DNA of 64,000 bases from Octopus bimaculoides (lineage: Eukaryota), in NCBI RefSeq assembly GCF_001194135.2, contig NC_068983.1, forward strand, positions 114,871,438-114,935,437. Direction: 5' to 3'. Positions 37,850-50,724 of this stretch are shown one piece after another. Made by a program: the position numbers and the translations under genes. The first letter of the stretch is position 1; each line of letters opens with the position of its first letter. The notes below the pieces were generated by a model. That model was not told the origin of the DNA. It searched no databases and was given only the letters and a program-made list of their open reading frames with translations.

Positions 37850-38298
37850 TAATATCAGCTTCAAATTTTGGCACAAAGCCAGCAATTTTGAGGGAGAGAG
37901 CAAGCAATTACATCAACCCCAGTGCTTAACTGATACTTATTTTATTGACCCTGGAAGAATGAAAGGCAAAGTTGGCCTTGATAGAATTTGAACTCAGAAC
38001 ATGAAAATGGACAAAATGTCACTAAGCATTTTGCCTGGATTGCTAATGATTCTGCCAGCTTGACACTCTACAACTGTTGGTTATATTGGTCTCAAATTTT
38101 GGTACAGGGCCAGCAATTTTAAAGGAGGGTATGTTGGTTACATCAACCCAAGTTTTCAACTGGTATTTATTTTATCAACCCCGCAAGGATGAATGGCAAA
38201 GTTGGTCCTAGTGGAATTTGAACTCAGAATGTAACGACAGACATAATGACACTAAATATTCTGCCCACATGCAAACAGTTCTGCAAGCTCATCACCTT
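37850..38298 (-). mobile_element. Two tandem SINE family E copies (37850-38062, 38088-38298)
   Basis: Both carry the gaatgaaaggcaaagttgg...aatttgaactcagaa-type domain. Confidence 0.78.
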
Positions 38299-38781
38299 AC
38301 AACTATCGGTAATATTAGCAAAAAACTGTGTGTGAAATTAAAAGGATATACATACCCTAGATGTTTGTATTGATGGTCATGTTAGATGCGGTGATTGGAA
38401 AAAGCAACAATTTTCATCCTGTTTTTTAAGATTTGCAACAAACCACTTAAAATTAGTCATCTATATGATTGTTTAGTCCTACATCTGTTGCCGATCAAAG
38501 GCATTCTAGCTATGATCACTCCAAAGCATATCAACGTATAGTGTATCTAGAAATACATTATGCAATGTGTCCCTATTTTTCAAGGTGGTAGAGTGTGATT
38601 GAACAAGATTTGGTTGCTATTGCTAAGAGGTCAAATGACTATGTAGAGAGTCATTCAGGAAATTGTAATCATTGTCATTATCAATATAATCATCATCATT
38701 GTCGTCAACAATTTTTTCTATGCCAGCATTAGTTAGATAGGTCTAATAGGCACAAACTAGTTATTTTCCCCTTCATTTATA

Positions 38782-38990
38782 TTGATTTCAAATTTTGGCA
38801 CAAAGCCAGTAATTTCGGGGAGAAGAGGTAAGTCAATTACATCAACCTCAATGTTCAACTAGTACTTATTTCATTGACCCCAAAAGCATGAAAGACATAG
38901 TCAACTTTGCTGGAATTTGAAAACTTAGAATGTGGAAATGGACAAAATGCTGCTAAGCATTTTGCCCAGACTATGAATAGTTCTACCAGC
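38782..38990 (-). mobile_element. SINE family E
   Basis: Diverged match to E. Confidence 0.72.
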
Positions 38991-39907
38991 CTCTATTATA
39001 TTACTGTAATTTCCAGCATCCTAAAATCTGATTTCACCAGTTTCCTTTCTATACACCTTGCTTGAGATGTCAACCTGAGGCGCAAATCACATATCTATAA
39101 CATAAATGATTTTATTTCTTATATAGTATCACTTGATATGTAATTGTCATAGCAATACTGATAAATATGGGTCACCCACCACAAGTACATCATTAAATAC
39201 ATTTGAGTGCTAGAAGATAAACTATTCTCCATAATCTACCAAGTTTTGTTTTGTTTCTTTTTTTTTTATTTATTTATTCAAGGTTGTTTCTGCTACCCCT
39301 ATCTCTCCTGGCTTCTTGCTTCTTTTTCAACATCATCTCCAAAATTTTCACCTTCATCCTTATCTTTTTTTCAGTTCGGCTCCACTAAAATGTACTTCAG
39401 GTTTCATGTTGACTAATTTCTCTCTTACCCTCTCAGCACATCTATTAGAATTACTCTGGAGAATTTCAAGTTTGGTGATAGAATCAACGATTTTTGAAAG
39501 CATTCATTCCTACCTGATATGCCAGCTACTAATGAAACATGAATGCTGTTTTCATAGTTAAAACTCTGTTAGATTTTCTCAGATAGTTAGATAGATAGTC
39601 AGATATTATCAATTGCTGTTCTCCTTTAAAATTGGTCTTGTTTGTTTGTTTGGTTGTTTTGTTTTTTAAGATTTTATTTATTTATTTATTTTATGTATTT
39701 TCTGTTACTAAGACATTTCAGAATTAGTTGGCAAAGAGGAACCCTTTCCCCCAGCACTCCAACTGGCAATTTTCCATGGATTTTGGACTTTTAGATAGTT
39801 TCAAAGTAAGCATCTGTGATTTACCTACCAGCTCTTCTTAGTCATGCACCATATTCCTGCATATAATGCTGCAATACATCAGTGACTTACTCTTATCATT
39901 TCACAGC

Positions 39908-40790
39908 TAGATAAAGATCTACTTTTAATTGCAATTACTATCTGCCATGTAAATGGCTAGAAATGTTTGGAAAGTTAAACTTCCTTCTGTAGCAAAGTTT
40001 TGGATTTTACTTTGTATCATTATCGACTCGAAGAAGAAATATGTCTGTCCTCAACTCAGGAGAAGAATGCTTAGAAGATAGAATAACAACATAATAAATT
40101 TGATAAGTTTAACATTTGCTGACAACACACACTTAGAAAATGGAAGGTTTTCTTGAGTCAATAAGGAAACTTCTACATGTTTGCTTGACTTGCTAGAAGT
40201 AGCAGCTAAGTCTTCGTCAAATCACACCATATTAAAAAAGTGACACATTCAGTAATATAATCCTAGATCCCACCACCACCACTGTCGTCACAGCCCCCCC
40301 CCCCNNNNNNNNNNNNNNNNNNNNNNNNNNNNNNNNNNNNNNNNNNNNNNNNAGAGGGCTAAATGGGATGGTCATAGCTTGAATGCTTTTGATTATAGGT
40401 CTGCTCAATAAACAACATATGAAATTCAGAATCTGTTATTTACTTTTCAAATCAGATTGGAGCCTGGTGTAGCCATCTGGTTTCATCAGTCCTCAGTCAA
40501 ATCGTCCAACCCATGCTAGCATGGAAAGCGGACGTTAAACGACGATGATGATGATGCTTATTCATTCATTTGTTGTCAGCAAATGTTAAACTTATCAAAT
40601 TTATTATGTTGTTATTCTATCTTCTAAGCATTCTTCTCCTGAGTTGAGGACAGACATATTTCTTCTTCGAGTCGATAATGATACAAAGTAAAATCCAAAA
40701 TTTTGCTACAGAAAGAAGTTTAACTTTCCAAACATTTCTAGCCATTTACATGGCAGATAGTAATTGCAATTAAAAGTAGATCTTTATCTA
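39908..40790. repeat. 220-bp inverted duplication (39908-40127 / 40571-40790) around an N gap
   Basis: Arms identical except for 2 substitutions by eye. Confidence 0.9.
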
Positions 40791-40837
40791 CTTTTACACA
40801 TGTGTTCATACACATGCACACATCTTTGAATTTTCAT

Positions 40838-41040
40838 CATCATCATCATCGTCACCTTTTAATGTCCACCTTCCATTCTGTTAAAAGTTACAATGGCTTA
40901 ACAAGACCTGACAAAACTGGAGAGAGCATTGTACTCCAATGTCTACTTTGGCATGGTCACTATGACTGGATGGCCATCCTAATGGCAACCACTTTACACA
41001 GTGTACTAAGTGCTTTTTCATGGCACCAACAATAATGAGG
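40838..41040 (-). mobile_element. Retroposon family D, degenerate
   Basis: (CAT)n tail and ctggatggccatcctaatg core. Confidence 0.6.
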
Positions 41041-41217
41041 TCACCATGAAGCTTTGGCTGAATGGGTTTATAGAAAAGAGGGAGACATATTATGGAAGAG
41101 TGGGTGGGGGTAATTGGGGTGAAGCTAGAAATAGAAATTTACAGAGAAAGACAATGAATGCATAACATTTTTAAAATCTTTCTCAAATAAATTAGTAAAT
41201 TAAATATTAATCGTATA

Positions 41218-42111
41218 TAGAGTGTTTAGGCTAAACTTGACAGTTTGCATTAAAGGAAAAGAAAACACAATATCACATCCAAAAATAAGAATATTTAAAA
41301 AAAATATCAATAAAATTTTGGCTGGAAGATAACAGTTTGCTCAAAGTAGCTGCCCTTAGCTTCTACCATGGCCTAAAGATGACTCTGGAACCTGGCACAT
41401 GCATTCCTCATTGTGTCTTTGGGAAGATCTTTGAACACATCCTTGATTTTGGCCACCAGTTCAGCCTTAGTGTTACAGGTAGAGTGCTTGATTCTTCCTC
41501 AACCATGCCCCATGCTTAGTAATCCATGGGATTACAATCAGAGGAATTAGGAAGCCAGAAATTGGGGCTGGTGAAGTTGTAGAAATTCTCTGGAAACCAC
41601 TCTTGACTCTTTCCAAAAGTATGGCAAAGTGCCAGATCCTGCTGCCACACATCTGGCCTTCCAGTAGCAACCCACTCTAGCCAGAGTTTGACCACAATGG
41701 TCAAACCCTGATAGCGCTACATATAGCCATCTGAATTGAGTATAAGGGTATGTTCAAAGATGTGGGGCAACATGACATCACCCTCACTGGAGAAACATCT
41801 ACAGGCCACCACAGTTTTGGGTAACTTGATTTTCATGGTGTCCATGTCATTTCTTACAGTCCTTACAGTGTTCAGAGATCATTGAGCATCAGTTATGATG
41901 CTAGTAGTTTAATACCCAGCATGGTTCATCATGATGCAGGTAACTCTTTTCCAATATTCAAAGGGCTCCCAACCTCCATGTCAGCTAAGTTTTTCTCAAC
42001 TACAACTTTAATGATTATGTGCTCCAATGTCATCAACTGTTCGCCAATATATCATGCTGTTCCCAAAAAAGGAGATATAAAAGAACCATCAAATTTAGCC
42101 CACATACCCTG
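41218..42111 (-). mobile_element. DD37D (maT)-type element, second family, internally deleted
   Basis: QQD-LALCHTFGKSQEWFPENFYNFTSPNFWLPNSSDCNPM-D has 37 residues between the Ds; imperfect TIRs tagagtgtttaggctaaacttga / tcaaatttagcccacataccctg|TA. Confidence 0.82.
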
Positions 42112-42309
42112 TAAATGAAATGAGTGAGTTAATCTTTTCATTACTGAATCACCCTAAACCACCTGAGATTTGATTGTTATCAAAATTACCATAACTGTCC
42201 AAATGTTACTATTTAATTTTTTAAAATCAAAATATTGACAAATTGTGTTACTTGGTTGAAACATGATTTCATTAGATATACATTTCTTGAATATTTTTGG
42301 ATTTATATC

Positions 42310-42374
<65 letters not shown>
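42310..42374. repeat. (GAT)n microsatellite
   Basis: About 21 units. Confidence 0.95.
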
Positions 42375-42377
<3 letters not shown>

Positions 42378-42554
42378 ATGCTTGTAGAATTATGGTTTTC
42401 AAAGAAATGATGTTGTCCTATGACAAATTAGAACACACTGTAAACCTAAAGCTAATAATATACTATTATATGGTCAACAATATCTATTGATTCTGCAACT
42501 ATTATGATTTCCTCAGCCATTAGCCAAAATACTGCAATGGTTGAACCCATTCCA

Positions 42555-42880
42555 TTGAAGACATCTGAAAAAAAAGTCTTAAACATCAAGTACAGGAGCA
42601 GAATCATCAATAAAGAAATCCTGCAAAGATCAAATTAACAACCTTTGCAGAAGTTCTCAAGTAAACACTAAACAACATGCAAAAAAATCATACTGGCTAT
42701 CTCTAAGTGGGAAGAAAAAAAGAAAAGGTCATGCAAAACCTGGTGAAGCAGTCAGAAATGTGTGTAGGATCTGGTTTTCACATGAGAAGAAGGAAGAAAA
42801 GTTATTTAAAGAAGCAAATGGAGAAGACTTTTTGACTGATATGCCATCCAGTACAAGAGGAGCTAAGTCTAAGTAAGTAC
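42555..42880 (+). mobile_element. RTE/L2-like LINE 3' remnant
   Basis: KYRSRIINKEILQR resembles IKWQDRITNKEILQR; RSKWR-like motif; ends ctaagtctaagtaagt. Confidence 0.55.
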
Positions 42881-42894
42881 AAGGACGAAACTAC

Positions 42895-43270
42895 TGTGGT
42901 TTTGAGAGAGTAAAAAGGTGAGACATGCCATTACAGGTCATCATCATCTTCATCACCCTTTGACGTGATTGAACAGCCAGTCTCAACCAGTTGGTGTTCA
43001 CTGTATAATTTGTGCTATTCATCCTTTTGATTACTGAATATAAAACCAGGCTTGCAAGACCTCCATTTGAGTGTCTTTGCTGAGTCACCACCTCACCCTC
43101 GTATGCTAATCCATTATATACAAGGTTACCCATTTACAGCTGACTGAACTGGAGCAACATGAAGTGAAGTGTTTTCCTCAAGAACACAACACACCACCCT
43201 GTTTAGGAACTGAACCCATGGCCAAGCAATCGTGAGTGCAACATCCTAACCACTAGGCCACACACCTTCA
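42895..43270 (-). mobile_element. tRNA-derived SINE with C-like head
   Basis: Minus strand tggcctagtggttaggatgttgcactcacg...gggttcagttcc...gtgttcttgaggaaaacac. Confidence 0.6.
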
Positions 43271-43538
43271 CAGGTAAGGTAGTCAACAGAGAAACAAATA
43301 CATACAGTGAAAAAAAAAAAACAAAAAAAACTGAATCAAGACAAAGACAGCAAAAGTTACCCATTAGCCAACTAAACAGACTTATTTCCACTGATCTTCT
43401 ATTTAATTTATCTTATTGCTATGAGGAGTGAAATTCGTTGTTGTCGGCTGGTCAGACTGATACAAGAGGAGTTTTTGTGCCTTGACTAGATATACAAACA
43501 CAATGGCTGTTGTAAGTAGTAGTAGTAGTAGTAGTAGT

Positions 43539-43934
43539 GTTTGTTGGCACTCCGTCGCTTACGACGTNNNNNNNNNNNNNNGAGGGTTTCAGTTGATCCG
43601 ATCAACGGAACAGCCTGCTCGTGAAATTAACGTGCAAGTGGCTGAGCACTCCACAGACATGTGTACCCTTAACGTAGTTCTCGGGGATATTCAGCGTGAC
43701 ACAGTGTGACAAGGTTGAACCTTTGAATTACAGGCATAACAGAAACAGGAAGTAAGAGTGAGAGAAAGTTGTGGTGAAAGAGTACAGCAGGGTTCGCCAC
43801 CATCCCCTGCTGAAGCCTCGTGGAGCTTTAGGTGTTTTCGCTCAATAAACACTCACAACGCCCGGTCTGGGAATTGAAACCGCAATCCTATGACTGCGAG
43901 TCCGCTGCCCTAACCACTGGGCCATTGCGCCTCC
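43539..43934 (-). mobile_element. SINE family B inserted in (AGT)n
   Basis: Near-consensus B copy; agtagtagtagtagt on both sides. Confidence 0.9.
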
Positions 43935-44194
43935 ACAGTAGTAGTAGTAGTAAAGTCTGAATGCAAGGCCTGATGATGAGGATGATGATGGTGATTAAGG
44001 TGGAAAGCTGGCAGAATCATATGGATATTGGGAGAAAAATGTTTTCAGCAAGTTCTGTACATTTTGTTTTTCAAACTTTTGGGATTAATAAAATAAGGTA
44101 CCAGTAACATCCACCCCTAGGGGTCAGCCACACTTAAGTGGCAATATACTACACTTTATCGTGCAGTTACTGTTAATACTTCATTTAGAGAATT

Positions 44195-44243
<49 letters not shown>

Positions 44244-45005
44244 CTGTATTTACATATCTAGATAGGTATATTGTGTCTTATACAAATAGTTGAACATTGC
44301 AATTTTGAGGGAGACCAAATAAACTCAGGCAATAAAATGAAAATATAAAATAATAATTGAAATAGCATAAATAAATGTGTATGTTTGTGTGTGTGCACGC
44401 GTGCGTGTGAAATAGTGAAATAAACAAACAAACAAAATGGCAAGAAAATGAATATCAATATGAATATTGGCCAATAATGAACAAATATTTCAGTTGGGAG
44501 AATTTAAAGGAATATTTCTTATCAAGCATTATCAGATAAATATTTAGGACTTAAGCAGGAATGTCAAAGGGGTTTTAAGCTAGATGCTGTTTAATGCCAA
44601 GAAATAGCTGCTGGTTACCTAAAAACACACTAAATGAGCTGGGAATTTGGCAAATAGAAAGATATGGAGAGAGTCCCAAGACCAAAATTGAGATCAAAGT
44701 CTCAATGAAAGATTATAGAAAACCCTTATATTTGCAAATTCAAATATATTAATTACAGGGCACATAAATTAAAATACCTTATCATTTAACTACAGCAACA
44801 ACAACAATATTTGATAAATAGCAGATTTCTGTGTGTGAATGTCTGTATGTCTATGTGCACATGTATAGTGTTATGTGTGTATGTATTTCTGTATCTATGA
44901 ACATATTGCATGGAACTTGATTGTGCCTGTACACATACATGTTTGTGTGAGTGTTATATATGTATAAGATCATCTCTGTGATTATGTGCTTATGTATGTG
45001 TGAGT

Positions 45006-45053
<48 letters not shown>

Positions 45054-45365
45054 TAGAGAGAGAGAATTCACAAGTGCTTCTGTCAGCAAATATCAATAAA
45101 AGATAAAAATACAAAAAAAAGTGAGATAAAGAAAAAGTCAGCAGAAATTTTTACTTTTTATTGCAAAATACTGTTTTTTATGGTGCTTCAAGATGGCTGC
45201 AGAAAACAGGTTGGAGTTAGTAAAGAAGAAAAAAAAAAAAAATTCAGTGGTTATTTTAATACGATTTCTTAAGTGTTTCTATACTCTTATGGTTATTTTC
45301 ACATTATTTACACCTTTAATAACATTTAGGGAAAGATTAACATCACAACATCTTTTCCCCACATA

Positions 45366-45930
45366 CAGTTACACCTCACTTTATGAGGACCTGCTTTACA
45401 AGACCCCAGGTTTACAAGTTTTATAATAAATTTTTCAAGAACAAGATCCAAATTTTGAATGAAGTGCAGAAGTTTCTGCTACCATAACAAATGCTTCTCT
45501 GTGTTACCGAGAAATTTGTAGAGTGAAAAAAGCTTCTTCTAAGCAAACAACTCTAGACTTATCTTTTAGAAAGAAATCTATAAGTCTGTCTATGAGTGCT
45601 TGTGAATCAGTGATCACGTCTACAAGTAATAATGTGCATAAGTCTAGTGTGAGTGAAAGTGATGCAGAAAACAATTATAATAATAATATCTTTTACTATA
45701 AATGATCTTGACATTCTTTTTACTTTACATGAAATATTCTTTACATTCTACTGTTGTTTTATTGCCATTTATCTATGAGTATCATACATTTTATTGGTAA
45801 AATATCTTTCTGAGAACAAATTACAATTTATAACATTGCTACTATGGAAAATTACTGCTCTGCTTTACGAGTTTTTCGCTTTATGAGTGGTCTCTGGGAA
45901 CAAATTAACTCATCTATCAAGACATTACTG
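45366..45930 (+). mobile_element. Tigger/pogo deletion derivative with transposase C-terminal remnant
   Basis: TA|cagttacacctcac ... gacattactg|TA; CYREICRVKKASSKQTTLDLSFRKK resembles the Tigger C-terminus (Y.EI..EKK...QT.LD.FF.K). Confidence 0.72.
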
Positions 45931-46042
45931 TATTTACAAATTTGATTTTAAAAAATGATATGTTATTAACAGAAATTGCTGATCACAAAAAATAAAAAAT
46001 GAACAAATTAATTCTATTTGGTTGTTACTATTGTTGCATAGT

Positions 46043-46419
46043 GGAAGTGCAATGGCCCAGTGGTTAGGGCAGCGGACTCGCAGTCATAGGATCGCAGTTT
46101 CGATTCCCAGACAGGGCGTTGTGAGTGTTTATTGAGCGAAAACACCTAAAGCTCCACGAGGCTCCGGCAGGGGATGGTGGCGAACCCTGCTGTACTCTTC
46201 CACCACAACTTTCTCTTCCTGTTTCTGTTGTGCCTGGAATTCAAAGGGTCAGCCTTGTCACACTGTGTCACGCTGAATATCCCCGAGAACTACGTTAAGG
46301 GTACACGTGTCTGTGGAGCGCTCATCCACTTGCATGTTAATTTCACGAGCAGGCTGTTCCGTTGATCAGATCAACTGGAACCCTTGACGTCGTAAGCAAC
46401 GGAGTGCCAACAACAACAA
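46043..46419 (+). mobile_element. SINE family B with 11-bp TSD
   Basis: attgttgcata at 46030-46040 and 46425-46435. Confidence 0.9.
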
Positions 46420-46629
46420 TAATAATTGTTGCATAACAGCAGATCAGCTATGATAGCCAATGTACATGTTTAAGTTGTTCTCTTCTTTCTCAACTCTTTG
46501 GTTTCAGTTCTGTCCTACTGCATGGCATCGTGGCCAAATGTCTTCTACTATAGTCCAGGACCAAAGAAAATCTTTTGAGTGGATTTAGTAGAATGAGACT
46601 GAAAGAACAGTCACATACCTAAATATATT

Positions 46630-46667
<38 letters not shown>

Positions 46668-46711
46668 CTGTCTGTCTGTGTCTGTGCACACGCACGTGCA
46701 TTGCATGCTTT

Positions 46712-47712
46712 AGTCAGCCCGAGGCTATAGTAGAAGACACTTGCCCAAAGTGCAACACAGTGACACTGAACCCAGAATCATGTGGTTGGTAAGAAAGCTA
46801 GTTTATTTCATAGATATTTGCCATAAAGGCATTACAAAGAGGGGACGAACAAGGACAGACAAACATAAGGGGTGAAGTAGCTGTATCGATTAAATATTTA
46901 CAATTTTAAATACACAATAATAATTTGATTATATTTACAATGTTCGATTAAAGCATTGCTCATTACAGATGCAATTAGTAATGGCTTTCCTGAAGGATAG
47001 GCATCCGACCACCAGGGTAGACCCCTTGCTTTTTCTTTCTCTTGTTTTTGGCTCCCACTTACCTGGTGCCAAACACTCCCACCTTCCTCGCCACAGGCTT
47101 CTTTCTTCTCATGAATCTGTCTCGTCACAGATACCTCTTCTCCAGCCTGATCTTACTACTGAGGTGGTAACAAAAAAAGTTAACTAACCCCTGGCCAGAT
47201 ACAAAGGTATCCGTCACTATGCCTCTTACACGCGTCTTCCATACTGTTTCTTTCAGTATGGCTACTACGCAGGGAGGCGGCACAATCTCGATGATAGATT
47301 CAGCTGATAGCTTACTCTTCCCATCGATGACAGCAGTTGTTCTGCGAAAACTATCAGTCTTGTTAATTCTGGACATTCCACGAATGCGTGCAAGATGGTT
47401 TCCATGTCCTGCTCGCACCTCGGACATGTTGGTGTTACGGCACTTTCGTGCCTTGACATTTTATCCCGAACAGGTAATGCCACACGGAAGCACTGCCAAG
47501 CCAGGGATTTCTGGTAATTGTCCAGATACCCCAGCCCGAAAGTTCTCCTGAACAGGTTGGTCAACTGATTTTCTTCGTAGCCCAGGGTCTCCCCCAAGGC
47601 GTCTTCGGACCTAAATCCCACTAACTCGCTATAAAAATCCGTGGTGGAACTCCTGTTGCCAGCATTGCCCGCCCAAGAGAGTAGCTGAAATGCCTTACCA
47701 CACGGCCACTCC
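46712..47712 (-). mobile_element. SINE family A 5' half interrupted by a Tx1/L1 LINE
   Basis: ggagtggccgtgtggtaag (47712-47694) continues as tagctttcttaccaaccac (from 46800 down). Confidence 0.85.
46801..47693 (-). mobile_element. 5'-truncated L1/Tx1-clade LINE (zf-RVT C-terminus and 3' UTR)
   Basis: CPRCEQDMETILHAFVEC (CCHC knuckle), LAWQCFRVALPV, VWKTR, FFCYHLSSKIRLE; one frameshift near 47310; 3' UTR ends gaaataaac. Confidence 0.85.
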
Positions 47713-47743
47713 TGTGTGTGTATGTTTGTGTATGTGTGTGTGT

Positions 47744-48133
47744 CTGCCCCTGGATTGGCTCTTGTGCAGGTGGCACATAAAATACACCATTTTGAGCGTG
47801 GCCATTGCCAGTACTGCCTGACTGGCCTTCGTAGGATTTTCGAGCGAGATCGTTGCCAGTGCCCCTGGACTGGCTCTTGTGTGGGTGGCACATAAAATAC
47901 ACCATTTTGAGCATGGCCGTTGCCAGTACCGCCTGACTGGCCTTCATGCGGGTGACACGTAAAAGCACCCACTACACTCTCTGAGTGGTTGGCGTTAGGA
48001 AGGGCATCCAGCTGTAGAAACTCTACCAAATCAGATTGGAGCCTGGTGTTGCCATCCGGTTTCACCAGTCCTCAGTCAAATCGTCCAACCCATGCTAGCA
48101 TGGAAAGCGGCCGTTAAACGATGATGATGATGA
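47744..48133 (+). mobile_element. Retroposon family D with 115-bp higher-order repeat
   Basis: gcccctgga repeats at 47746 and 47861; near-consensus core and (GAT)n tail. Confidence 0.9.
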
Positions 48134-48164
48134 TAATATATATATATATATCATCATACATACA

Positions 48165-48213
<49 letters not shown>

Positions 48214-49073
48214 TGTCAGGAAAAATATAAATCAAACAAATGACTGGTCACCAAATGAGTCAAATATACAGGGTTTATTTCAGAAATATGCGGTGACAGA
48301 AAGAGTCGGTAACTGTCATGAAGTGTTGAAAGTAAAATTATTGGTGATATTCATATGTCTTTTGTTATGAGACACTGGTAATTATGGAGGAGGTTATCTA
48401 GTGTGTGTGTACATGCGTGGTGCGTGTGTATAGGGAAGGAGAGAGGAAAACAATGTGTCATTTGAAGGGAGAGATAGAGAATCAAGGGGAATGAGAAAGT
48501 CGTCCAAGAAGGGTGGCGGGGGAGTGGGTCAGTCAGTAGATAGATGGCAAGTGAGAGAAAAAGAAAGTAATAGCAACCCAAACTGTTTCTTCTTTTTACA
48601 CCCTCTTCCCCCTTACAGCCCGTTTGTACACTGGACAGAAAGTGTGGAGCAACAGGGAGACATTGCAAGTAATTCAATGGTAGGCAAAAGTGAAGACAGT
48701 AAATTGCAGTTTCTACACAAACATCACCACAATACTACCACCATCAATAACACACACACACACACACACACACTTTCATACATATATAAGTAGACAAGAA
48801 GCAAGAAATAGAGTGCAATATTTGATACTGAGCTAAATTTATCATCCAAAACTAATAGGTTACAGCCTAGCGAAGGAAAGAATCATAAGAGACGGAGGAG
48901 ACAGGGAGGTGGAAGCGAGAGAGGAGAGAAGGAAACAGCTGGACAAGGAGTAGTAGCAATAAATAAATAGATATATTTTAAAACAAAAACAAAAACAAAC
49001 AACATGAGGTTGAAAGAAAAGAAAATGAAAGCTGAACAAGAATAACTAACAATTACAAAAAAAAAAAAAATAC

Positions 49074-49241
49074 ATAGGAGTGGCTGTGTGGTAAGTAGCT
49101 TGCTTACCAACCACATGGTTCTGGGTTCAGTCCCACTGCGTGGCACCTTGGGCAAGTGTCTTCTACTATAGCCTCGGGCCGACCAAAGCCTTGTGAGTGG
49201 ATTTGGTAGACGGAAACTGAAAGAAGCCCGTCGTATATATG

Positions 49242-49287
<46 letters not shown>

Positions 49288-49491
49288 TGTGTCTGTGTTT
49301 GTCCCCCCACTATCGCTTGACAACCGATGCTGGTGTGTTTACGTCCCCGTAACTTAGCGGTTCGGCAAAAAGAGACCAATAGAATAAGTACTAGGCTTAC
49401 AAAGAATAAGTCCTGGGGTCGATTTTCTCGACTAAAAGTCGGTGCTCCAGCATGGCCGCAGTCAAATGACTGAAACAAGTAAAAGAGTAAA
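49074..49491 (+). mobile_element. SINE family A, most intact copy
   Basis: A box tggctgtgtgg, B box gggttcagtccc, central (TA)n(TG)n, (AAAGAGT)n tail. Confidence 0.92.
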
Positions 49492-50220
49492 GTTATACTA
49501 GATCAACTAACTAAATAGCAGAATATGGTTAAGAAGTTGGAAATGTATTTTAGTTGGTGGCGATATGAGGTATCACAGCTTACTAGAGAGGGAGGAGGGA
49601 GAGAGGGGTAGTGAGAGACATAAAGAGTGACTGAAAAAGAAAAGCAATATCTAGGAGTCTCAAAATTTGCAGAGATCCACGTGTTAAGTAGTCATCAATT
49701 ACCTTTTTACTTGTTTCAGTCATCTGACTGCGGTCATGCTGGGGCATTGCCTTGAAGGGTTTTAGTCGAACAAATCAGCCCCAGGACTTATTTTCTTTTT
49801 TAAAGCCTAGTACTTATTCTATTGGAGTATATTTTTTTGGAGTATATTTTTATACTATATAACATATAGTATAATTATAAATTTTAGCCATCTCTCTGCA
49901 GACTGAAAAAATTATGAACAAGCTTTTTTTAAACTTTATTGGTTTCTCATCAGAGGTGTCTACATCATTCTGACAGTCTCCAAAGAAACAAGCAGCCAAA
50001 CTGTTATATACTCAACAAATGCAGCAGTTACTCTATGAAGGAGTTCCTAATTTGCATGCTGTAAGTGCTTAACACCCTATAAATACCAGTGACCTGTCAA
50101 CAGGGATCTTAGTCCACACAGTATCAAGGTATGATAAAATATATATGTAACATATGGTATAATTATAAACAGGGCAAATTTTAGCCATTTTTATCATAAT
50201 AATAATAATANNNNNNNNNN

Positions 50221-50296
<76 letters not shown>

Positions 50297-50305
50297 GTTA
50301 TTAGG

Positions 50306-50518
50306 TAGCAAGCTGGCAGCATCATAACCATGCCAGGCAAAATTCTTAATAGCATTTCATCTGTCGTTATGTTCCAAGTTCAAATTCTGCTAAGATTGAC
50401 TTTGCTTTTCATCCTTTCGGAGTCAATAAAGTAATTGTCAGTCAAATACTGGGCTCGATGTAATCAACTTAACCCTCCTCTGAAAAACTGCTGTGTCAAA
50501 ACTTTGAAACCATCATCT
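50306..50518 (+). mobile_element. SINE family E
   Basis: agctggcagcatc head; gactttgcttttcatcctttcggagtcaataaa domain. Confidence 0.75.
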
Positions 50519-50724
50519 TTCTGTTTCCATTTCTTGCCAAGTGTCTTCCTGACACCTAGGGCAGAGAACTGCACTATATACATTGGTAGGTCATTAAAAC
50601 AAACACACCAGATTGTTCATTTACAAAGTCATGTGACAGAAGAAAAAGGGAAGAAAAACAGAGAAAAAGGGAAAAATAAAAAATAAAAAAGTAAACAAAA
50701 AAAGGGTGGGGAGAGAAAGAAAAT

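Noticed and set aside
49949-50060. Plus-strand AG...GTAAGT stretch with one open frame
   Set aside because: Contains a repeat-derived motif (gaaacaagcagccaaa, also at 53860) and no recognisable protein
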